Made by a program: the position numbers and the translations under genes. A DNA stretch of 40,426 bases. Source: an uncultured Candidatus Saccharibacteria bacterium. Lineage in GTDB: Bacteria > Patescibacteriota > Minisyncoccia > UBA6257. Shown in pieces: positions 33,515-40,426 of the stretch. The stretch's first letter is position 1. Every line of letters starts with the position of its first letter. The notes below the pieces were generated by a model, which had not been told where the DNA came from, did not search any database, and was given only the letters and a program-made list of their open reading frames with translations. Location of the stretch: assembly GCA_964428155.1 (NCBI GenBank), contig CAYRXA010000005.1, positions 1-40,426 on the forward strand, read 5' to 3'.

Positions 33515-34522
33515 CTACCTATAAGTAGTAATGCTTTTTTTATAAAGCTCTAAATTATCTAAAATCACCCCTGTGCCCTTAGCTACACAATAAAGAGGCT
33601 CATCAGCAATATAACTAGGAACACCCGTCATTTTTGTAATCAAGTCATTAATATTATTTAAAAGAGCTCCACCTCCACTAATAATCATCCCTCTTTCCAT
33701 AACATCAGCTGCTAATTCTGGAGGAGTCTCTGAAAGAACTGTTTTTACTGCTTGAACAATATCTTTTAAAGGACTATTTATTGCTTCAGCAATTTCATTA
33801 GAATTAATAGATATATTTTTAGGCAATCCTTCAGTTAAATCTAGCCCTCTAATTTCCAATTCTTCTTTGTTTTTTGTTGGCAAAGCTGATCCAATCTTCA
33901 TTTTAACTTCTTCAGCTGTTCTCTCTCCAATTGCCAAATTATATTTTCTTTTTACATAATCAGTAATTGCTGCATCCATCTTATTTCCAGCTACTCTAAC
34001 TGAAGCCCAAGAAACAATTCCTCCTAAAGAAATAACAGCTACTTCTGTTGTTCCTCCACCTATATTAACTAACATATTGCCTCCAGCAGAATTAATAGGA
34101 ATACCTGCGCCTAAAGCTGCTAAGATTGGTTCTCTTGCCACATATGCCTCTTTTGCTCCTGCTTCTCTTGCTGCTCCAATAACAGCTCTTCTTTCAGTAG
34201 AGGTAATGCCTACTGGAACAGAAATAATTAAATCAGGTTTAAATATTTTCCAAGGGCCAGTAACTTTATTAATAAAATACTTTAACATTGCTGCTGTTAC
34301 TCGATAATCAGCAATCACACCATCTTTTAAGGGTTTATAAGTTTTAATTACTTCTGGGGTTCTGCCTAACATTTGCCTTGCTTCTGCCCCAATAGCTAAT
34401 ATTTTATTATCATCAACAGCAATAGCTACTACTGAAGGCTCATTAATTAAAATTCCTTTTTGAGGAATGAAAACTAATGTATTGGCTGTGCCTAAATCTA
34501 TCCCTATTTTACGAACCATCAT
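33515..34522 (-). CDS. mreB: MreB actin-like protein (paralogue 2, canonical length)
   Basis: Contains ..IGIDLGTANTLVF...GI.INEPSVVA.., ..NIGGGTTEVAVISLGGIV...S.RVAGN.MD.AI.. and ..ISGGGALL.. Confidence 0.93.
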   Translation of the reverse strand: MMVRKIGIDLGTANTLVFIPQKGILINEPSVVAIAVDDNKILAIGAEARQMLGRTPEVIKTYKPLKDGVIADYRVTAAMLKYFINKVTGPWKIFKPDLIISVPVGITSTERRAVIGAAREAGAKEAYVAREPILAALGAGIPINSAGGNMLVNIGGGTTEVAVISLGGIVSWASVRVAGNKMDAAITDYVKRKYNLAIGERTAEEVKMKIGSALPTKNKEELEIRGLDLTEGLPKNISINSNEIAEAINSPLKDIVQAVKTVLSETPPELAADVMERGMIISGGGALLNNINDLITKMTGVPSYIADEPLYCVAKGTGVILDNLELYKKSITTYR

Positions 34523-34564
34523 AAATAAATTCTAAATTTAATATTTGTTAATTAAATAATTATT

Positions 34565-35839
34565 TTATTGCTCTACCCTCTTTATCTCTGCTCCTAATTT
34601 CTTCAATCTTTCATCTATCTCTTCATAACCTCTATCAATCTGATATATATCTTTTATTGTCGTCCTCCCTTTAGCTAAGAGAGCTGCAATTAATAAGCTA
34701 ATCCCTGATCTAATATCTAAAGAGTTAACATCTTGGGCATATAATGGAATCGGCCCAGTAATTAGCGCTCGGTGTGGATCTGCTATAATAGCATTTGCAC
34801 CCATTTTTATCAACTCATCAATATACTTTAATCTCCCTTCAAACATTGTATCGAAAATTATGCTTGTTCCATTAACTTGAGTTGCTAAAACCCCAAAAGG
34901 AGACTGTAAGTCAGTAGGAATACCAGGATATGGCTGAGTTTGAAGTTTAAATCCTTTTAAATTATATGATGGCAACATTAATACTTCTGAATGAAAACTT
35001 GAACGATGATAAATTTTTATCCTAACACCAATTCCTTTTAATTTTTTAATTATTAAATCTAAATGATCAGTCCTTACATTTTTAATTAAAATTTTACCTC
35101 TCAAGGCTGCAGCTAAAATCATAAAAGTTCCAGCTTCAATAGGATCAGGAATAACTTTATGCAAAGCTCCTGAAAGTTTTTTAACTCCATTTATTTCATA
35201 GATATGAGGAGAGATTGCTTTAATTTTTGCCCCCATTTTTCTTAAAAAGACAACTAAATCTTCAACATGTGGCTCCAAAGCCCCTGTTTTTAATATTGTT
35301 TTTCCTGGAATTAAAGAAGCTAACATTAATATATTTTCAGTAGCAGTAACACTAAATTCCTCTAAAATAACTTCGTTAGGAAAAACATTGTTACCATTAT
35401 AACAATAATAAGCTGGCGTTCTTCTTATCTTAACCCCTAATTGGGAAACAGCGTCTAAATGAGATTCTATAGAGCGAACACCAATTAAACATCCCCCTGG
35501 CTGAGCTAATTTAAATTTTTTAAATCGATGCAATAAAGAAGGAATTAACAAAACAGAAGCCCTTAATTTTTTTACCAAAGACTGATCAATTTTTTTAAGA
35601 TCTAAATTTTTAGGATTTATTCTTACCTTTCTTTTTCCTAACCATTCAACTTTTCCTCCTAAGCTTTGAATAATTTCTAAAAACCTTTTAACATCTTCTA
35701 TTAAGGGAATATTATCAATAACAGAAACCTCTTTTGTTAAAAGAGTTGCTGCTAAAATAGGCATAGCAGCATTTTTAGAGCCCCTAACCTCTATTTCCCC
35801 TTTTAATGTTTTTTCTCCTTGAACGATAAAACAATCCAT
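34565..35839 (-). CDS. murA: UDP-N-acetylglucosamine 1-carboxyvinyltransferase
   Basis: Contains ..GEIEVRGSKNAAMPILAATLL.., the active-site ..PGGCLIGVRSIE.H.. and ..IDRGYE.I...L..LGA.I. Confidence 0.93.
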   Translation of the reverse strand: MDCFIVQGEKTLKGEIEVRGSKNAAMPILAATLLTKEVSVIDNIPLIEDVKRFLEIIQSLGGKVEWLGKRKVRINPKNLDLKKIDQSLVKKLRASVLLIPSLLHRFKKFKLAQPGGCLIGVRSIESHLDAVSQLGVKIRRTPAYYCYNGNNVFPNEVILEEFSVTATENILMLASLIPGKTILKTGALEPHVEDLVVFLRKMGAKIKAISPHIYEINGVKKLSGALHKVIPDPIEAGTFMILAAALRGKILIKNVRTDHLDLIIKKLKGIGVRIKIYHRSSFHSEVLMLPSYNLKGFKLQTQPYPGIPTDLQSPFGVLATQVNGTSIIFDTMFEGRLKYIDELIKMGANAIIADPHRALITGPIPLYAQDVNSLDIRSGISLLIAALLAKGRTTIKDIYQIDRGYEEIDERLKKLGAEIKRVEQ

Positions 35840-35846
35840 AAAATAA

Positions 35847-37421
35847 TTATTTCCTTATTGTTTTTCCATATCTTTCCTCTGTTAATAGCCCTTTATGATA
35901 AGCTATTTCTCCATTGATAATTACTGATTCTATTCCTTCAGGATATTGAAAAGGATTTTTAAAAGAAGAATTGCTTTGAATTTTATCAGGATTTAAAACA
36001 GTTATATCTGCATAATACCCTTCTTTTATTAAGCCTCTTTTGTCTAAACCAGCTTTCTGAGCTACTTTACCAGTAATTTTATAAATCGCCTCTTCCCATG
36101 ATAAAAGTTTTTGTTCTCTTGCATAATAACCAAGAAATTTTGGAAAACTTCCAAAAGCCCGAGGGTGAACCCAAATTCCTCTTTTCCCTTTTTCAATATT
36201 GCTAAAGCCACTATTTGAACCTATAAAAGAAGCTTGGTTTTTAATCCCTTCAATAATATTTTCTTCTGAAAGATCTTCAGCAAAAATTATGATCTTATCT
36301 TCACAAATTTCAATAATTTTTAAAAGCGATTCTTCTGGAGTTAAATTAAAACCTTTAGCTATCTCTTCTAAAGTCTTACCTGAAAACCACCAACGCTGAC
36401 CACTATCTGCTATCTTTAACTTTTTATAAAGATATTTTTTTCTTTTAAGATCTTGAAGTATTTTATTTTTAACAATTTCATCATTAATATTCTTTAAAAG
36501 AACTTCCCGACCACCAATTTCTGTCCATTCTGGCAAAATTAAATAAAGAGACTGAGCACTAATGTTATAAGGGAAAACATCAAAATTAATTAATTCTTTT
36601 TTAAATGAGTCATTAGCCTTATTTATCATTTCTAAGGCTTGTTTAAAATAATCAAAGTTAGGTTTTCCTTCGGCTTTAAAATGAGATATTTCTACTGGCA
36701 ATTTAGATTTTTCTACAATTTCAATTATTTCCCTAACACTAGCTAAAAGACCTTCAGCTTCATCACGAAGATGAAAAGATAAATACCCATTTTGTTCTTC
36801 TACTGCTTTGGCAATTTCTAAAATTTCAGTAATACCAACCATGCGCTCTGAAGCATAGCCTAAACCAAAAGAAACTCCTAAGGCACCTTGCTTAAGTCCT
36901 TGAGAAATAACTAATTTTAATTGATCTATTTCTTTTTGTTTTAAATTCCTAAACTCACCTTTAGTAAATTCATTTCTTATACTTCCCCAGCCCAAAAGAG
37001 TTGCAAAATTAACTCCTAATTTTTTATTATCCAAAAAATCCAAAAATTCTTTTATCTGTCGCCAACCTATATTAAGCTGGCTAGGATTAGCCCATCTCCT
37101 AATAAAATCTAACGAACCACTAATTAAAGGGGCCAAAGAAGCACCACTATTACCACAAATGATTGTCGTTACTCCTTGGCGAATTAAGTTTTCTGCACTT
37201 GGAGAGAAAAAAATATCTAAATAATGATCAGCATTATTGTTAATATCAATAAATCCTGGACAAACAAACCTATTTTCAGCATTTATTTCTGTTCTTGCTT
37301 TTTCATTATTTAAATGCCCCATAGCAACAATTCTGCCATTTCTTATTCCAATATTAATATTTTCTGAAGGCTTTCCTTGGCCATCAAAAACCTGTCCATT
37401 TTTTATTAAGAGATCATACAT
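35847..37421 (-). CDS. N-acyl-D-amino-acid deacylase (D-aminoacylase)-like amidohydrolase with substituted metal and catalytic residues
   Basis: Starts MYDLLIKNGQVFDG.., followed by ..PGFIDINNNADH.., ..SFHLRDE.., ..ISHFKAEG.. and ..GSNSG...HPRAFGSFPKFL... This is the overall Amidohydro_3 pattern, but NNN sits where HxH is expected and N where the conserved D is expected. Confidence 0.65.
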   Translation of the reverse strand: MYDLLIKNGQVFDGQGKPSENINIGIRNGRIVAMGHLNNEKARTEINAENRFVCPGFIDINNNADHYLDIFFSPSAENLIRQGVTTIICGNSGASLAPLISGSLDFIRRWANPSQLNIGWRQIKEFLDFLDNKKLGVNFATLLGWGSIRNEFTKGEFRNLKQKEIDQLKLVISQGLKQGALGVSFGLGYASERMVGITEILEIAKAVEEQNGYLSFHLRDEAEGLLASVREIIEIVEKSKLPVEISHFKAEGKPNFDYFKQALEMINKANDSFKKELINFDVFPYNISAQSLYLILPEWTEIGGREVLLKNINDEIVKNKILQDLKRKKYLYKKLKIADSGQRWWFSGKTLEEIAKGFNLTPEESLLKIIEICEDKIIIFAEDLSEENIIEGIKNQASFIGSNSGFSNIEKGKRGIWVHPRAFGSFPKFLGYYAREQKLLSWEEAIYKITGKVAQKAGLDKRGLIKEGYYADITVLNPDKIQSNSSFKNPFQYPEGIESVIINGEIAYHKGLLTEERYGKTIRK

Positions 37422-37463
37422 AATTCTTGTGGTTGATAAACCTTCTCTAATTATATCGAAAAT

Positions 37464-38915
37464 TTAATTAAATTCCAAGCTCTCACCTTTCTTTACTAAT
37501 ATTACCTTTTTATGCATTTTTTTAAATTCTTCAGGAAATTCAGCATGAACAGGAATTAATACTTCTGGCTTGATATTTTTAATAAAATCAGCTAATTCTT
37601 TTCCACTAATATGGCCTGAAATATGTGCCCTTTCAAACACCTTTTTTTTAGGATTGTATTCATCTTTTTTTAATCCTTGCATTTTAAAGTGTTTTATCCA
37701 ATTAATAAATCTTTCTTCTGAGATTTCCATTTCTTCGCTATGGGGTTCTGTTATTGCTCGTAAATAATAACTATTTTTATCTGGTTTTATATCTATAAGC
37801 TCTTGAACTTGAAAAAAATTCAAAACTAACATAAATCTTCTTTTATTTTCCTTAATATCATCAGAAGTACAAGTCTTACAATTTTTTAATAAATCCCTTT
37901 CCCATTTTTTAAAAGTAATTTTCTTTTTTGCATAAAGTATTACTTTCCCAAAATCAGATTTTCTAATACCATTCTTCCTTAAAACTCCATTTTTTTCCAT
38001 TACCATAAGATAATTAAAATAGTTATAAGGTAGAGCTATTAAACGATTAGTTTCTTTAGCAATTTTAAGTAAAGTTTTAAAACGCATAATATCACCAATA
38101 GAATAATCAACCACTACTAATTCTTTAGTTTTTTTAACATTTGCTAAAGCTTTTTTATAAACTTCTTGCTCTGTTAAAACTAATTGTTCTTTTACTCTTG
38201 TTCCTTCACAAAGAAATACTTTAATTTTTGCTTTTTTAAAAAAAGAATAAATTTTTTGTTTCTTGCTTTTTTTAAGCTCTGACAAACGAAAATCACCAGA
38301 ATACAGGATATTCCCCTTTGAAGTTTTTATCAAAAACATACAAGCCCCAGGCAATGAATGGTCTATAGAAATTGGTGTAATTTCTAAATCTTTTATATAA
38401 AAAGGCTTCATGTTTTCTATTATTTCAAACTTTCTTCTTCTTTTTTTTCTTTTTCTTGGGTCTTCTATATCTCGTAAAGATAATTCCAAAATTTCGTTTT
38501 CTAAACTTTTTGGACGAGAGATAGAAAAAGCATTTAAAACAGCAATTGTCTCTTTGCTAGTATAAACAGGAATCTTAGGATCTAGAAACGAAATATAGCC
38601 AGCATGATCTAAATGACCATGTGATAAAATTATGCCATCAATTTTTGGCTCACAATAACTAATATTTTTTTCATTTTCTTTATGTAAAATATTTATCAAA
38701 TCTTGACGATAAATCCCTTGTTTTTTAGGTAATAACCCTAATTCTAAATAATCTTTTAAACCATGAACAACTCGTGGATTTAAAAATTCCTCAAAATATT
38801 TCGAGGATTCATGATAGCTTTTTCCAAAATCCAAAAAAATAGAGGTATTTTTATCTTCTAAAAGAACCTTTGTGCCGCCTATTTCCCTTATTCCTCCATA
38901 AAAAGTTAACTTCAT
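37464..38915 (-). CDS. Metallo-beta-lactamase-fold beta-CASP hydrolase (RNase J-like)
   Basis: Contains ..ILSHGHLDHAGY (HxHxDH), ..IDHSLPGA.., ..YSGDFR.., ..CEGT.. and ..HISGHISG....LIPVHAE... Confidence 0.6.
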   Translation of the reverse strand: MKLTFYGGIREIGGTKVLLEDKNTSIFLDFGKSYHESSKYFEEFLNPRVVHGLKDYLELGLLPKKQGIYRQDLINILHKENEKNISYCEPKIDGIILSHGHLDHAGYISFLDPKIPVYTSKETIAVLNAFSISRPKSLENEILELSLRDIEDPRKRKKRRRKFEIIENMKPFYIKDLEITPISIDHSLPGACMFLIKTSKGNILYSGDFRLSELKKSKKQKIYSFFKKAKIKVFLCEGTRVKEQLVLTEQEVYKKALANVKKTKELVVVDYSIGDIMRFKTLLKIAKETNRLIALPYNYFNYLMVMEKNGVLRKNGIRKSDFGKVILYAKKKITFKKWERDLLKNCKTCTSDDIKENKRRFMLVLNFFQVQELIDIKPDKNSYYLRAITEPHSEEMEISEERFINWIKHFKMQGLKKDEYNPKKKVFERAHISGHISGKELADFIKNIKPEVLIPVHAEFPEEFKKMHKKVILVKKGESLEFN

Positions 38916-40426
38916 ATTTGAAGACTTAAAGAAAAAGTCACTCCTTCTGGTGTTTCTACTAAAGCAGATAAAGGCAAAGAAATATCAGCAAACAAACCTG
39001 CTAAACCTAAAGCATCTCTAAACTTAATTATAGATTCTTTTGTTGAAGATTGCCCTTGAATAGTAATATTATTTGCTGGACCAGCACTAACTAAAACTCT
39101 TTTTAAATTTATAGCTGAAGCACTAGCAGAATTAAAAATTGTTCTTAATATTTCTTGCCAATCTTCTTGATATTCTTGAGCTTGAGAAATCTTGGCAACA
39201 AGATTATTAAATTCTTCAACTTCTTGTTTTAAAGCAACTTCTCTATCTATTGTTTTTTGATCTAATGGCTTAGCTACAGCTTGTTGATATTGGCTTTTAA
39301 TACTATGAAAAAACATATTATCAATTACCCCTAATGATAAAACAAGAATAAAAAGAACTGTTATTAATGATTTGCTCCATAAAGAGACCACCCTTAAAAG
39401 ATGATGCTGTTCATAACTTTTTTCTGTGCCCACAGGAGCTAAACTAACAATTGTATCTTGATTTCGTGGAATAATACCCCTTAAAGCAGCTCCTATCACC
39501 CCAAACCAATCCCTTCCTACTCTTGAAAGATAAAGCGGTAATTTTATGGCTACAGGAGAAAGTTGATATTGAATATGAATCCATTGAATCAAAACATTAG
39601 CAAGTTTAGCATCAAAACTAAGAAAAATAAATTTTTGAATTATTCTTTTTCTTTTTAAAGAATAAAAATTCAACAACATTGGTATTTCTTTTGAAATATG
39701 CTTTTTAAGAAGTTCTAAGGTGATCTTTTCAGGAACTTTCCCACCAAAAATTTCCTGCCAAGAATCAAAATCAAAATAAATCATTTTTTTTCCTTCGGCA
39801 ACGATAAATTCAATTCCTTCTGATCTTAAGTCTATTATCAATACTGGGTCTTGTTTTCCTATAAATTCATTATTAAATCTCGCCAAAGACAAAGCCAAAG
39901 GCTCTACAGCAACTACATTAAAATTAGTTTCATTTAAAATATTTAAATAAGGATCAATTTGCTTTTTTATTCCTAAAGTAATAAATGCTTCTTTCTCTCC
40001 ATTCAAATCTGAAGAACCCCAATCTTCCCAATCAAAATATGATTCTTCTAAAGATAATGGAGCTATCATTTGAGTATTAAAAACAACTGCTTCAAAAAAA
40101 CGATCTTCATCTAAATCTGGTAAATTAAGAATATTAGTAAAAAAATTGGCTGAAGGCAAAGCTAAAATAACCCAAATATTTTTTTCCTTTGGCCAGAGTT
40201 TTCTATTCAAAGAGCCTAGAAAAGCTTTTAATTGTTCTGGTTTTTTCAAAATTCCTTCTTCAATAATCCCCTTTGGCAAAGAGTATTTTTCTGCTTTAAT
40301 AACCCTATCAATTTCTTTATCAAAACAAAAAACCCGAACCATTCTATCTTCTATATAAATAGCGTTAATAGTAAATTCAGGTACTAACAAATTGTGCCAA
40401 TCTTTTGAACGAAAACGAAATCTCAT
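38912..40426 (-). CDS. pilM: Type IV pilus assembly PilM-like actin-fold protein fused to a TM plus PilN-like C-terminal region
   Basis: The N-terminal ~340 aa has the PilM-like pattern (..LALPSANFFTNILNLP..., ..AVEPLALSLARF.., ..IIDL...G.). It is followed by a TM (ITVLFILVLSLGVI), a coiled coil and a ~130-aa tail. Its ATGA overlaps the next gene. Confidence 0.5.
   Translation of the reverse strand: MRFRFRSKDWHNLLVPEFTINAIYIEDRMVRVFCFDKEIDRVIKAEKYSLPKGIIEEGILKKPEQLKAFLGSLNRKLWPKEKNIWVILALPSANFFTNILNLPDLDEDRFFEAVVFNTQMIAPLSLEESYFDWEDWGSSDLNGEKEAFITLGIKKQIDPYLNILNETNFNVVAVEPLALSLARFNNEFIGKQDPVLIIDLRSEGIEFIVAEGKKMIYFDFDSWQEIFGGKVPEKITLELLKKHISKEIPMLLNFYSLKRKRIIQKFIFLSFDAKLANVLIQWIHIQYQLSPVAIKLPLYLSRVGRDWFGVIGAALRGIIPRNQDTIVSLAPVGTEKSYEQHHLLRVVSLWSKSLITVLFILVLSLGVIDNMFFHSIKSQYQQAVAKPLDQKTIDREVALKQEVEEFNNLVAKISQAQEYQEDWQEILRTIFNSASASAINLKRVLVSAGPANNITIQGQSSTKESIIKFRDALGLAGLFADISLPLSALVETPEGVTFSLSLQI

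Noticed and set aside
2618-40358. All plus-strand ORFs in the track: 2618, 3093, 3700, 4045, 5632, 12709, 14250, 14616, 18041, 22551, 23239, 28850, 29673, 34077, 36199, 37237, 37570 and 40146.
   Set aside because: Each lies antisense within a well-supported minus-strand gene, or, for 3093-3290, across the mraZ promoter/operator region. Their compositions are typical of antisense AT-rich frames (F/L/I/S/K-rich), and none has an SD.
1-40426. CRISPR arrays, rRNA genes, transposases or integrases, prophage blocks, T-box or other riboswitch leaders upstream of serS, lysS and proS.
   Set aside because: I saw no direct-repeat/spacer arrays and no recombinase-like ORFs. The aaRS genes have only 3-19 nt of upstream spacer, leaving no room for leaders.

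Overview
This is an AT-rich bacterial window (roughly 30% G+C by eye). Every gene I can support, about 45 CDS and 3 tRNAs, lies on the minus strand, mostly with spacers of 0-20 nt. The gene content, compact proteins and tight packing suggest a small-genome, CPR/Patescibacteria-like organism; that is inference, not proof.

Core content, in coordinate order:
- The start of a dcw cluster: mraZ-rsmH-ftsL-ftsI, with ftsI running off the left edge.
- A YbjQ-like protein, an RRM RNA-binding protein, exonuclease III, MscS and TspO.
- A loosely packed accessory stretch between tRNA-Thr and tRNA-Asn (about 6.6-12.0 kb).
- An Nramp-like transporter, dcd, a P-type ATPase, tRNA-Gln and a short dnaX.
- GtrA, a membrane-anchored VirD4/HerA-like ATPase with a small acidic partner, and an FtsQ-like protein.
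- serS, lysS and greA.
- A full rod module: PBP2-mreD-mreC-mreB.
- proS, rseP, frr, holB, a second mreB and murA.
- A D-aminoacylase-like protein with substituted active-site residues, a beta-CASP MBL hydrolase and a PilM/PilN-like fusion.

I found no CRISPR array, transposase, integrase or rRNA.

Observations most worth a second look:
1. tRNA-Thr(GGU) is split by an 81-nt structured insertion between nt 42 and 43.
2. An exactly 10-bp-phased array of TGGGR/GTGGA boxes overlaps a good promoter upstream of mraZ. It includes two perfect DnaA-box 9-mers.
3. A G+C-rich, glycine-rich surface-protein gene is split from its signal-peptide exon by a 1-nt frame change at a G5 run.
4. A membrane-protein gene paired with an XRE regulator is broken by an in-frame TGA, although TGA is a normal stop elsewhere in the window.
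5. Extended -10 promoters (TGnTAWAAT) recur, some placed so that the mRNA would be leaderless.

All product calls rest on motif and family recognition from the translations. No database search was run.
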